Of a stretch of 64,000 nucleotides of DNA, positions 47,214-56,844 are shown in pieces. The notes beneath the pieces were generated by a model that worked only from the letters and a program-made list of their open reading frames with translations, was not told where the DNA came from and searched no databases. Position 1 is the first letter of the stretch; each line of letters starts with the position of its first letter. Location of the stretch: IMG/VR virus record IMGVR_UViG_3300050120_000230, positions 351,410 to 415,409 of that record. One strand, given 5' to 3'. The translations under genes and the position numbers were made by a program.

Positions 47214-47510
47214 ATGCCCGCAACTGACACCAGTGTCGTCGAGAAAACCAAGATCAAGGAAACGGTTCTGTGGACCGTGGTCCTTCACAACGACGACTAC
47301 ACCCCGCAAGAGTTCGTGACCGCGATTCTGTCGGAGGTGTTTCATCTCGATGATGTCACGGCCCACACCATCATGATGACGGTGCACAACGAGGGCAAGG
47401 CGCCGGTCGGAAAGTTCACCAAGGAAATCGCCGTCACGAAGGCGTCGCACGTCTGTCAACTGGCAGAAAAATGCGAGCATCCGCTTCTCGCCACGGCCGA
47501 AGAAGCCTGA
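47214..47510 (+). CDS. clpS: N-degron adaptor ClpS
   Basis: VVLHNDDYTP.EFV...MM.VH.EGKA...EIA.TK...HPL. Confidence 0.93.
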   Translation: MPATDTSVVEKTKIKETVLWTVVLHNDDYTPQEFVTAILSEVFHLDDVTAHTIMMTVHNEGKAPVGKFTKEIAVTKASHVCQLAEKCEHPLLATAEEA

Positions 47511-47866
47511 TGTCGAACCCGCGCCATGACAAGGTGCTGGTCATCGTCGAAGAGACTGTTCAGCACGTCTATCTGATGGACCCTGATTCCACGGCCACCG
47601 TGGAAGTTTTTCACGTTTTGCCCAAACTCTTGATGGGCGAAGCCTTGGAGACACTTCCGATGGCTTGGGACAAGCCGCCAACGATTCTGGGTCACCGCGC
47701 CAAGAAAGGCGCCCCGATGCCACTTCTCATGACCCAAAAAGAGGAAGCGGCCAAGTTCAGTCGGTTTACCGGTGTCACAATCGTCATCCCCGACGAGAAT
47801 GGCGATCCTTCGGAAGAGTTCAAGTATACAACTACAACCATGACTCGCAAGCCGGTTAAGAAGTAA
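47510..47866 (+). CDS. Hypothetical protein
   Basis: TGATG-coupled to clpS. Confidence 0.55.
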   Translation: MSNPRHDKVLVIVEETVQHVYLMDPDSTATVEVFHVLPKLLMGEALETLPMAWDKPPTILGHRAKKGAPMPLLMTQKEEAAKFSRFTGVTIVIPDENGDPSEEFKYTTTTMTRKPVKK

Positions 47867-47944
47867 AGTAGTTTCTCCTAAGCTACCGGGATAAATAAGT
47901 GCGGATCGAGTGATTGATCCACACTTATTTTACTTGGGTGGCTT

Positions 47945-48241
47945 ATGTCGAGACCGAAACCTTCAATTTTGTTGAATTACACTGATCCGAAGACTTACAA
48001 GTCGGAACAGGTGTTGAAGGCTGACGCAATCTATGCGGTGTTTTTCGATGGACAACCCATCAATCTACGTTCTCTGAACTCGCTGCTCGACTATCCGGGT
48101 CCGAAATACAAGAAGGTTTCCTTCTCCAACCCCGGCCACGCATTCAACCTCGCCGAAAAGCTGAACAAGCTCTTCAAAAGCGACAAGTTCGAAGTGCACA
48201 TGTTGACGCAGGGCAAGAAGGTCAACGAAACGGACCTATGA
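47945..48241 (+). CDS. Hypothetical phage protein
   Basis: TAAATA at 47892; clean ORF. Confidence 0.65.
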   Translation: MSRPKPSILLNYTDPKTYKSEQVLKADAIYAVFFDGQPINLRSLNSLLDYPGPKYKKVSFSNPGHAFNLAEKLNKLFKSDKFEVHMLTQGKKVNETDL

Positions 48242-48645
48242 GCCAGCACACGCAGATCGTGCAATTTTTGCGTGATAGCGTAGCCAAAGACCAAAACGAT
48301 CTCGGGAAGCACTTGCGTGGTTTCACCGACGAACAGGTTTTCCACAAGCTGTTCATGAGTTTCCGTGGCAAATCAGACGAGTCCAAGGGGCTGCGTCTGA
48401 CATGGCTCGGGTATCGTCTCCTGAGCACCTACACCCAGTCGTTTGAAGTGAGTATGCCGGAGGCATACAGGCTGGGCTCTCGTGACCTTCTCTATCTCGA
48501 TGCGCGCGCCAAAATGCCCTATTACATCGGCCGTGGTGAAGACGAAGATGGTGGCACCCGGCTCATTGTGTTTGAGGCCAAGCTCGGCATCATGCTTAAG
48601 CTCGCTGACGGGATGATTAGCAACCTCCGTGAGATGGAAGCCTAG
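48238..48645 (+). CDS. Hypothetical protein
   Basis: ATGA coupling. Confidence 0.6.
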   Translation: MSQHTQIVQFLRDSVAKDQNDLGKHLRGFTDEQVFHKLFMSFRGKSDESKGLRLTWLGYRLLSTYTQSFEVSMPEAYRLGSRDLLYLDARAKMPYYIGRGEDEDGGTRLIVFEAKLGIMLKLADGMISNLREMEA

Positions 48646-48845
48646 TCCTCTCAATCCGCAGCCAACGTCGTTTGGACGAATAAAATTTGGTTGACGGAAA
48701 TCAACTCCTCCCCCATGCTCTGCGAAGAAATCAGAAAGCGATTGGGCAACCGGCGTTTTTCATTTTCAGATATATTTTGGTTGACGAAAAGCAATTTGTC
48801 GGCGACCGTCCATCAAACGCTTAGTAGCAGAGGAATAAGCGCAAC

Positions 48846-50207
48846 ATGACAACCACCAGCAAATCAAAGTCCAAGGTCGAGACGCTGACCTTGAAGCCCT
48901 CGGAATGTGCTGCGGCTATCCGCGCCATGATCCCGACCGGTCTCTCGCTCTTCATCTGGGGTCCTCCGGGCATCTCCAAGTCGGCGACCGCCAAGCAAGT
49001 CGCCACGTCCGAAGGCATGGCCTTCATCGACGTGCGTCTCTCGCAGATGGACCCCACCGACCTTCGCGGCATCCCCTACCCGGTCGCCGAAGAAGAAGGC
49101 GTCCGCTGGTCGGCGCCCATCGTGCTGCCGCGCGATCTGAATGACAATCGCGTCGTCGAGATCGCCGCCATCGAGCAGACGGTGAAGTTCCGCAATCCGC
49201 AGGGTTCGAACCGCATCTACTACGTCGTCGAGCCGAAGATCACGGTCACCGCCGTCGATCCCGACCTGACCGCCGAACTCGTGTCCGAAGGCCCCGACCG
49301 CTTCGTGGTCTGCCTGAAGGACGCCAGCGGCAAGCTCCAAGCCGGTCAAGTCCACTACACGGCGACCGGCCTCGCTCGCGGCATTCTGGCGCTGGAAGAA
49401 TTCAACTCGGCGCCGCCGTCCGTGCAAGCCGCCGCCTACCAACTGGTGCTGGACCGTGCGCTCGGCGAATACGAAGTGCCGGACGGCGTGACCATCGTCG
49501 GCATGGGCAACCGTGACACCGACAAGGGTGTCACCTTCAAGATGCCCACGCCGGTCATGAACCGCTTCACCCACATCGAAATGCGGTCGGACTTCGAAGA
49601 CTGGCAGCGTTGGGCGCTCGGCGCGAAGATCAACGCCGAAGTGGTCGGCTACCTGACCGCCTTCAAGAACAAGCTGTTCGAGTTCGAGCCCGGTTCGGCC
49701 GCTCGCGGCTTCGCCACCCCGCGTTCGTGGTCCTTCGTGTCCTCGATCCTGAACAACAACGACGACATGCCGGAAATGGTGGCCCTCGGCCTCACCACCG
49801 GCGCGGTCGGCGATGCCTCGGGTATCGAGTTCATGGAGTTCCGCAAGATCGCTGGCGATCTGCCGGAAGCCGAAAGCATCCTGAACGGCAGCCTTCAGAA
49901 GATGGCGAAGAAGGTCGATGTGGCTCTGGCCTACGCCCTGACCACCACGCTCTGCTACGAACTGAAGGAACGGGCCGACGACGTGAAGCGCAAGGGCGGC
50001 ACCAACTGGCTGAACTCGCCGGAACGCACCCGCTGGCTCAAGGAAGCCGACAACTTCCTCGAATTCATCATGCAGAACTTCCAGCCGGAAATCTGCATCA
50101 TGGGCGCCAAGGCCGCGATCTCGGTGCACAAGCTGCCCTTCGACACCCAGAAGATGAAGCACTTCGACACTTTCGCGGGCAAGTTCAAGGAACTCATCAT
50201 GAGCTAA
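48846..50207 (+). CDS. MoxR-like AAA+ ATPase with about 80-aa insertion
   Basis: GPPGISKS, DVRLSQMDPTDLRG, ILALEEFN, GNR, NRF, TPRSW. Confidence 0.88.
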   Translation: MTTTSKSKSKVETLTLKPSECAAAIRAMIPTGLSLFIWGPPGISKSATAKQVATSEGMAFIDVRLSQMDPTDLRGIPYPVAEEEGVRWSAPIVLPRDLNDNRVVEIAAIEQTVKFRNPQGSNRIYYVVEPKITVTAVDPDLTAELVSEGPDRFVVCLKDASGKLQAGQVHYTATGLARGILALEEFNSAPPSVQAAAYQLVLDRALGEYEVPDGVTIVGMGNRDTDKGVTFKMPTPVMNRFTHIEMRSDFEDWQRWALGAKINAEVVGYLTAFKNKLFEFEPGSAARGFATPRSWSFVSSILNNNDDMPEMVALGLTTGAVGDASGIEFMEFRKIAGDLPEAESILNGSLQKMAKKVDVALAYALTTTLCYELKERADDVKRKGGTNWLNSPERTRWLKEADNFLEFIMQNFQPEICIMGAKAAISVHKLPFDTQKMKHFDTFAGKFKELIMS

Positions 50208-50476
50208 GCCACGATGGGGCGGCGAAGGTGGGACTTGTTCCCGCCAAGCCGCCCTGCCCTTGGCTTGTGATGCTGACGCCCTCTCCGGTCCTCTGCTCGG
50301 GGAGGGCGTTTTCTTTGAACCAACGAAAGACTATCGATGAAATCTTTCAAAAAATTTCTCGAAGCGGCGGGCGAAATCGTATGGCCGCTGGCTATCGGCC
50401 TTGTGGCCATTCTGGCATTGGGAGCCTTCGCGCTCGCCAACAAGTTCGTCGAACACATCAGCTTTTGAGCCCCACA

Positions 50477-50676
50477 TGCAACAACTCATTCTGGCACTCC
50501 CGCTGTTTATCGTCGTGCTTCTGGGCACCGCGTATCTGGTGTGGGTCGCAACCCTGAAGATCGTGGGCAATCTACAATCCACGACTGTGGCGTCTTTGGT
50601 CGCCCTACTGGGTGTTGTAACGGGCGCCGTGTTGCTGTCCGTCGAGACCGGCCTTTCCGCAGCCCTACTGTCGTAA
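50477..50676 (+). CDS. Small two-TM membrane protein (start approximate)
   Basis: Hydrophobic ORF from MQQLIL. Confidence 0.4.
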
Positions 50677-50690
50677 CAACGGTTGAACCA

Positions 50691-51476
50691 ATGAACCGCA
50701 TTCGCTCCATCCTTTTCACCGCCGTCTACTACGTCGTCAGCATTCTCTACGTGCTGTTGGCGGCACTGTTTCTCGCCCTTCCCGGCCGCAAGGCTGTCGG
50801 ATGGATCGTCCGCCGCTACGCTCGCCGCATGGTGCAAGCGATGTGGCTGTTCGCGGGGATCAAGCTGAAGGTGGTCGGGCGTGAGAAAGTCCCGGCGGCC
50901 TGCATCATCGCCGCCAAGCATCATAGCTGGTTCGACGGATTCTCCTGCTACAGCCAGTTTGACGACATGGCGTTCGTCACCGGCGACCATCTGGAAAAAG
51001 TGCCTCTGTTGAGCGGTGTGCTGCACAAGCTCGGAGCCATCGTCGTGGATAGCTGCGGTGGCCACAAGGCCCGCGCGTCCCTGCAACAGAACGCTGCCAA
51101 GGCGAACGAAGAAGGGCGACGCATTCTGATCTACCCCGAGGGGCACCTTGCGAAGGCCGGTGAGCGGTTCCGCTACAAGACCGGCGTCTACCACATGTAT
51201 AAGAACTTCGGCCTCCCTGTGGTGCCCGCCGCGACGAATCTGGGTGTGTTCGCGCCGCAGCAAGGCTTGGACAAGTTCCCCGGCACCGCGACTCTTCAGT
51301 TCCTCGATCCAATTCCGCCCGGCCTGTCGAAGGCCGACTTCATGAAGCGTCTGGAAGACGCCATCGAAGGCCAGAGCGATATCCTGATCGCCGAAGCTTG
51401 CCGCCAGCCCGTCGTTCCGTCGAAGCTGGTTCCCGATCCCCTGACGTTCGCCCAAGCGATGACTCAGTTGTCCTGA
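50691..51476 (+). CDS. plsC: 1-acyl-sn-glycerol-3-phosphate acyltransferase-like
   Basis: KHHSWFD (HX4D), IYPEG, PVVP. Confidence 0.8.
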   Translation: MNRIRSILFTAVYYVVSILYVLLAALFLALPGRKAVGWIVRRYARRMVQAMWLFAGIKLKVVGREKVPAACIIAAKHHSWFDGFSCYSQFDDMAFVTGDHLEKVPLLSGVLHKLGAIVVDSCGGHKARASLQQNAAKANEEGRRILIYPEGHLAKAGERFRYKTGVYHMYKNFGLPVVPAATNLGVFAPQQGLDKFPGTATLQFLDPIPPGLSKADFMKRLEDAIEGQSDILIAEACRQPVVPSKLVPDPLTFAQAMTQLS

Positions 51477-51544
51477 TTATCGTTGACAGTTTTGGGCGTC
51501 ACCCGTAATCTCGTAAACGAGAAATATTTTTTGGAGGCACAACC

Positions 51545-52765
51545 TTGAGCGACCTATCTGATCCAGTCTACAAAGAGATCGTCACCGCTCGGGTGAAGCT
51601 GCTCTTCGAAAAGCCGTTCTTCGGCCAACTGGCCGCCCGCATGGTCGCCATCGAGGCGCCGTGGTGTAAGACCGCCGCGACCGATGGGCGCCATTTCTAC
51701 TACAATCGCGAGTTCATCAAGGGCCTGAACAAGGCCGAGCTTCTGTTCCTCATCGGCCACGAAGTCCTGCACTGCGTCTATGACCACCTTGGTCGGCGCG
51801 GCGGCCGTGATCCGAAGATTTGGAACATGGCGAACGACTACATCGTGAACTGGACCCTGAAGGACCAGCAAGTCGGCCAGATGCCGTCGATGGGTCTCTA
51901 TGACCCGAAATACACCGACGACATGCACTCGGAAGAGCTTTACGAGCTTCTGAAGAAGAACTCGGTCACCATCAAGATGCCGCTCGACGAACACCTCGAC
52001 GTGACGGGGCAAGAGGGCGACGGCGACGAAGATGGCAAGCAGCCCGGTAGCCAAGGCACGGTCGATGTGACCGTCATGGGCAAGGATGGCCCGCCGAAGC
52101 TGACCGAAGAAGACCTGCAAAAGATCAGGAACGAGATCAAGGCGGCGGTCATCCAAACCGCGCAGCAAGTCGGCGCGGGCAAGGTCCCGGCTGGCGTGCG
52201 TCGCATGATCCAAGAACTGATCGAACCCAAGATGGATTGGCGGGCGCTGCTCGACGCGCACATCCGATCCTCGATCAAGGACGACTACACGTTCCGCCGC
52301 ATCGGCCGCCGGTCGTGGGGTTCGGGCTTCGTGCTGCCCGCGCAGGACTTCATGGACACCATCGATGTGGCCGTCTCCATCGACGCGTCCGGCTCGATGA
52401 GCGAGACCATGCTGCGCGACATCCTCTCCGAGGTGAAGGGCATCATGCAGACCTTCCGCGACTTCAAGCTGAAGCTGTGGACGTTCGATACCGCCGTCTA
52501 TTCCTACAAGGAGTTCACGCCGGAGAACCTCGACGAGATCGACGAATACGCTCTCGGCGGCGGCGGCGGCACCCTGTTCGAATGCAACTGGGAACACATG
52601 AAGAAAGAGGGGCTTGAGCCCCAACGCTTCATCATGTTCACTGACGGCTATCCCGGCGGCTCGTGGGGCGAAGAGAACTACTGCGATACCCTCTTCGTGA
52701 TCCACGGCAACGACTCCATCGTCGCGCCGTTCGGTATGACCGCCTACTATGAGGCCAAGGACTGA
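51545..52765 (+). CDS. DUF2201-type metallopeptidase-VWA partner of the AAA+ ATPase
   Basis: TAATDG, HEVLH, WNMANDY, IDASGSM, GGGGT, FTDG. Confidence 0.88.
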   Translation: MSDLSDPVYKEIVTARVKLLFEKPFFGQLAARMVAIEAPWCKTAATDGRHFYYNREFIKGLNKAELLFLIGHEVLHCVYDHLGRRGGRDPKIWNMANDYIVNWTLKDQQVGQMPSMGLYDPKYTDDMHSEELYELLKKNSVTIKMPLDEHLDVTGQEGDGDEDGKQPGSQGTVDVTVMGKDGPPKLTEEDLQKIRNEIKAAVIQTAQQVGAGKVPAGVRRMIQELIEPKMDWRALLDAHIRSSIKDDYTFRRIGRRSWGSGFVLPAQDFMDTIDVAVSIDASGSMSETMLRDILSEVKGIMQTFRDFKLKLWTFDTAVYSYKEFTPENLDEIDEYALGGGGGTLFECNWEHMKKEGLEPQRFIMFTDGYPGGSWGEENYCDTLFVIHGNDSIVAPFGMTAYYEAKD

Positions 52766-52971
52766 TGGAACAGGCGAGACACATCATCGGTGGGGCGTTG
52801 ATCGTCCTGCCGATGCTTGCCCTCGCCATCGCCGTGATGGTATTCGCACACGGCGCCACTAACCGCCGCATGTCTAGCATCGATTCCGACATCAAGGATT
52901 GGTTGCTGGATCGCGAGGATGAACGCCTCGGACACCGTCCCGACCCATTGCGGCGCCGTGTGAAATGCTGA
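52765..52971 (+). CDS. Small membrane protein
   Basis: TGATG coupling, one TM. Confidence 0.5.
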   Translation: MEQARHIIGGALIVLPMLALAIAVMVFAHGATNRRMSSIDSDIKDWLLDREDERLGHRPDPLRRRVKC

Positions 52972-53492
52972 GCCTCGAACGTCTGGAAACTCTGGCTGAA
53001 CAGTGCCGGACGCTTGAAGAGTCCAATCGTGAAGTCGATGCCCTCGTGACGCTGGCGACGCTGGCGCGGCCCACCGCCAACCCGCGTATCTGGACGTTGA
53101 TCGAAAAGCCTTCCCAGCCGGTCTGTATGACGTGGGATAAGCAATTCGACGAGAAGCTCATGGCGCGTCTTCGACGTTCGGATGATTTCGAAGAACAAGA
53201 AGTGTTGCATTTCAAGTTCGACGAGGGGGTCTGGCTGCATTTCGTCAGTCGCACTGTGCCGGAGTTCACCAGCGACGTGAGCATGGGTTTGCAATATCTG
53301 CCCATCATCGCGCCAAGTTTTCCCAAGTGGAAAATGGATTCTTCTGGGTTCGTGACGTTGTGGAGCGAAGCTCACAAAGAGAATATTATTTTCGAAAATA
53401 CAATTCCCGCCATCTCTATGACCGGTGCTATTTTGAAGGCTAAGATATTTGAACTGCGAGATTTGAATGAGCGAGATTCCGTTCGGGATTGA
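52965..53492 (+). CDS. Hypothetical protein
   Basis: Coupled ORF. Confidence 0.55.
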   Translation: MLSLERLETLAEQCRTLEESNREVDALVTLATLARPTANPRIWTLIEKPSQPVCMTWDKQFDEKLMARLRRSDDFEEQEVLHFKFDEGVWLHFVSRTVPEFTSDVSMGLQYLPIIAPSFPKWKMDSSGFVTLWSEAHKENIIFENTIPAISMTGAILKAKIFELRDLNERDSVRD

Positions 53493-53754
53493 TACTGAAA
53501 TCGAGCGACTACAACAGCGTTCCATAGAACTCACTCAACTGAAGATCAAACTGCTGGCCGAACCTGATCTGTATGCTCCGTTTATTGAGCAGGCAACGAG
53601 GGTTTGGGGTGGCGACGCCGAGTTAATCTGGACTTGGTTCTGCCGCCCGATGCTGCGGCTCGATGACCGGACACCGCTTGCGATGATCGCGGCCGGTGAA
53701 GGACAACGGGTCAAGGATGTTCTCGGGGCTCTGGAATACGGGGTCTACCTGTGA
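53467..53754 (+). CDS. Xre/MbcA/ParS antitoxin C-terminal domain protein
   Basis: A..VWG...WF..P...L..RTPL.....G...V..VL..LEYGVY. Confidence 0.7.
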   Translation: MSEIPFGIDTEIERLQQRSIELTQLKIKLLAEPDLYAPFIEQATRVWGGDAELIWTWFCRPMLRLDDRTPLAMIAAGEGQRVKDVLGALEYGVYL

Positions 53755-54065
53755 TCCCAGCGTTCGTGCGCTACACAGGTGGATTGGTAGTCGAACCTCG
53801 GCGGGTCATTTGCCGCCGCCTGAAGGCTCCTACTCCCCCGAAGTGGCTCCGGCACCAATTCGTGGTCGAAGGGTCCTACACGGACCCGGAATGGCCTCTG
53901 TGTGGGTGGTTGGAAAACAACCTTGTCGGCCGCTGGTCGGTCAATGTCCAATCCACGACCGATGGTATTTTGGTCGTCGTGGCTTTTGAAGAAGATACCG
54001 ATGCTGTGATGTTCCGCCTCATGGATGGCGAAACAGCATGGCGTGAAACTGTCATTATTTCGTAG
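53751..54065 (+). CDS. Small motif-family protein
   Basis: FEEDTDAVMFRL. Confidence 0.6.
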   Translation: MIPAFVRYTGGLVVEPRRVICRRLKAPTPPKWLRHQFVVEGSYTDPEWPLCGWLENNLVGRWSVNVQSTTDGILVVVAFEEDTDAVMFRLMDGETAWRETVIIS

Positions 54066-54074
54066 GAAATTATT

Positions 54075-55052
54075 GTGAACAATCTCGTTTTTACCAACGG
54101 CGCTTGGGACACCAACTTCACCCACAATCACGCGAAAAGTAACGCGTTCGAATCGTTCGGTGGAAATGTCGAATTGACCATCGGCCTCGATCTGAACTTC
54201 AACGACACGGTGTTCGGCATCTTGCAGAGCTTGGGACAAGCTGTCCCCGGCGTGGTGAAACCGACTACCAGCGCCGGGTTCATCATCTCCAATTTTACCC
54301 TGTTCATGGAAGGCGTGATCCAAGAAGTCACCGATCCTTTCGACAATATTGTTCGCGCCGTCAAAGTGAACATCTCCGGCGATGCCAAGAGCGTCGAAGA
54401 ACTCTACCAAAAGCTGGAAAAATATATCAAATCGAATGATGTCTTCGTCCATTGGTGGTTCAAGGCCAAGGATGAACTGTCGAGCGTTCGTTTCACTCTT
54501 GAGGACTCGAAGTCCTTCAAAAGCGAACACTATCCGTTCCTGCCCGATGCCGGGCAGTTCATCAACGATTTCATCGCGTCTCCGGCCAACATCCTCATTC
54601 TTCTCGGAGAGCCGGGCACGGGCAAGACCAGTTTCATCCGCCATCTGCTGAAGACATCTGGCTCTGAGTGCTTCGTCACCTACGACGAAAACGTGATGAT
54701 GAACGACCAACTCTACACGACCTTCCTGACCAATCGTGAAGCCAAGTTCCTTGTGCTCGAAGACGCCGATCTGATTATGACCGACCGCCAGCGAGACGGA
54801 AACCGGATCATGTCCAAAATCCTGAACGCGGCGGACGGCCTGATCTCGTTCCAACAAAAGAAGATCATCTTCACGGCCAATATTCGAGACACGGGCAAGA
54901 TCGATGACGCTCTGATGCGGCCGGGTCGCTGCTTCGGTGTCGTCAATTTCCGAGAGCTTGATACTCAAGAAGCACAAGCCGTCGCGCAGATTCACGAAAT
55001 CACTTTGAAGACCGCCAAACCCCATACTCTCGCACAACTTTTTAATCAGTAA
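54075..55052 (+). CDS. AAA ATPase
   Basis: [29 protein letters not shown]. Confidence 0.88.
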   Translation: MNNLVFTNGAWDTNFTHNHAKSNAFESFGGNVELTIGLDLNFNDTVFGILQSLGQAVPGVVKPTTSAGFIISNFTLFMEGVIQEVTDPFDNIVRAVKVNISGDAKSVEELYQKLEKYIKSNDVFVHWWFKAKDELSSVRFTLEDSKSFKSEHYPFLPDAGQFINDFIASPANILILLGEPGTGKTSFIRHLLKTSGSECFVTYDENVMMNDQLYTTFLTNREAKFLVLEDADLIMTDRQRDGNRIMSKILNAADGLISFQQKKIIFTANIRDTGKIDDALMRPGRCFGVVNFRELDTQEAQAVAQIHEITLKTAKPHTLAQLFNQ

Positions 55053-55066
55053 AGGTATCCATCATT

Positions 55067-55666
55067 ATGGCTCTCGTGCCCATGGTTCTCGAACAGGACG
55101 GTCGTTCTGAGCGTTCGTTCGATCTCTACTCTCGTCTGCTTCGCGACCGGATCATCTTCCTGACCGGAGGCGTCGAAGACCACATGTCTCAGATCATCTG
55201 CGCTCAGCTTCTCTATCTCGAAAGCGTCTCGCCGGACCAAGACATCTCGCTTTACATCAATTCTCCGGGTGGCGTGGTCACGGCCGGTCTCGCGATCCGC
55301 GACACGATGAACTTCGTCAAGTGCGACGTGTCCACGATCTGCTTGGGTCAAGCATGTTCTATGGGAGCCATGCTTCTGACGGCAGGCGCCAAGGGCAAGC
55401 GGTTCATTCTTCCTGACGCCCGTGTCATGTTCCACCAACCGTCCGGTGGCGCGCAGGGCATGGCATCGGATATCGAAATCCAGTTCAACGAAATCCAGAA
55501 GATGAAAACCCGCCTGAACAACATGGTCGTTGAAGGCACCGGCCAATCGCTCGAAGTGGTTCAGAAGATCATGGATCGCGACACCTTCATGAGCGCGGAA
55601 GAAGCGGTCGCCTTCGGCGCCGTGGATCGCATCATCAAGCACCGCAGCGAAATCGAAGCCGCCTAA
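55067..55666 (+). CDS. clpP: ATP-dependent Clp protease proteolytic subunit
   Basis: DLYSRLL.DRII, YINSPGG, ACSMG, HQP, DRD. Confidence 0.96.
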   Translation: MALVPMVLEQDGRSERSFDLYSRLLRDRIIFLTGGVEDHMSQIICAQLLYLESVSPDQDISLYINSPGGVVTAGLAIRDTMNFVKCDVSTICLGQACSMGAMLLTAGAKGKRFILPDARVMFHQPSGGAQGMASDIEIQFNEIQKMKTRLNNMVVEGTGQSLEVVQKIMDRDTFMSAEEAVAFGAVDRIIKHRSEIEAA

Positions 55667-55753
55667 AATCCCGTCGCCCAGAGCCCTGCCACACCGTGGG
55701 GCTCTGGAACCGGCCCTCTTCTCCAACGTTCCGTCTCATGCATAAATATCAGC

Positions 55754-56062
55754 GTGGGATCGCGAATGCGTCACAGGGCCGGAAGCGAAGCGTCGCTTCG
55801 TTACAACTTAAGCCTCAATCTGATAAGAGCGGGGCTGGATGAGCCACGCTCCGATCTCCTAAGTCGTTTCATCGAGTTCTGGTGCCAGAAGAACTGCAAT
55901 GGCGATTGGCGAATCGAAGAGACCACGCTGTCGCTAACCGTTTGGTTCGATCTTGCCCGAGACGTGGTGCTCTTCAAGATCAGCGACGAATACGACTATT
56001 TCGACTCGGCGCGACTGGTCACCAATCAGGAAGAACCGATCCTGCAATTTTTGGCAGCGTGA
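55754..56062 (+). CDS. Small motif-family protein
   Basis: FDLARDVVLFKI; TAAATA at 55743. Confidence 0.55.
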   Translation: MGSRMRHRAGSEASLRYNLSLNLIRAGLDEPRSDLLSRFIEFWCQKNCNGDWRIEETTLSLTVWFDLARDVVLFKISDEYDYFDSARLVTNQEEPILQFLAA

Positions 56063-56438
56063 CCCAAACCGTGTTGTCCCAATCCAGCACGCCGATCACG
56101 AAGCCCTGAAAGAACATCGCGATGAGAACTGCCTCTTCGCGCTCAGCCACGTAGCAGCTTCCACTTTCGAATCGCGCCCTGTCCCCGGTCATATTTTTCA
56201 TCACCGGCACGGCTTCTCGCGACCACCAGTAATTGAATGCGTCTAAGCTGCGTGACGCACACATATGGTTTGCCCGAAACGAAATTTCATAACGAGCAGG
56301 CTTTCCCTTGTGCGGCCGAGCCATTTCCTGTCGCAGCAAATCAAGCTGGCTTGGGACGGAAGGGATCGGAGCGATTTTCACTAGAAAGGGGTCTTTCAGC
56401 GTTCGTTGGAATGCAATTTCCAGTGAATACCATAGCAA
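56019..56438 (-). CDS. Hypothetical protein
   Basis: ORF; weak family motif. Confidence 0.4.
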   Translation of the reverse strand: MLWYSLEIAFQRTLKDPFLVKIAPIPSVPSQLDLLRQEMARPHKGKPARYEISFRANHMCASRSLDAFNYWWSREAVPVMKNMTGDRARFESGSCYVAEREEAVLIAMFFQGFVIGVLDWDNTVWVTLPKIAGSVLPDW

Positions 56439-56468
56439 AGACGCATTTTAGGTCCAGCTAAATATCGA

Positions 56469-56789
56469 ATGCGCTGGAAAGAAATCAACGAAACTCCCAT
56501 TGCTTATCCTCTGGCAGATGATGGTGAGTGGTATGGTAATCGAAATTATGCCGACCATGGCGGTAAGATGGTGAGCATGAGTCCAGAAGAATATCTATCC
56601 AAAGTGAGACCATTGGATATCGATGACGTATCTCGTGACAACATCGATGATTTGAAGTCTCATATCCAAGATGGAAGAACTCTTGATCCATTGATTATCT
56701 ACCCAGATGGTAAAGAAGACGGCCGCCACCGCGCCCATGCGGCCATGGAGCTTGGGATAGCTAAAGTTCCGGTCATCGTGTTCAACTGA
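56469..56789 (+). CDS. ParB/Srx-like domain protein
   Basis: DGRHRAHAA..LGI..VPV; TAAATA at 56459. Confidence 0.7.
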   Translation: MRWKEINETPIAYPLADDGEWYGNRNYADHGGKMVSMSPEEYLSKVRPLDIDDVSRDNIDDLKSHIQDGRTLDPLIIYPDGKEDGRHRAHAAMELGIAKVPVIVFN

Positions 56790-56844
56790 TTTTGGTTCAC
56801 GAAATGAAATTGCGTGGTATGGTGCTTTGAAATAGGAGGCGCCC

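Noticed and set aside
49134-49380. Intein in the AAA+ ATPase
   Set aside because: No N-terminal Cys/Ser block and no C-terminal His-Asn.
48864-55037. Long minus-strand ORFs (432, 374, 383, 298, 430 aa)
   Set aside because: Antisense to recognisable AAA, PlsC and VWA genes; no motifs of their own.
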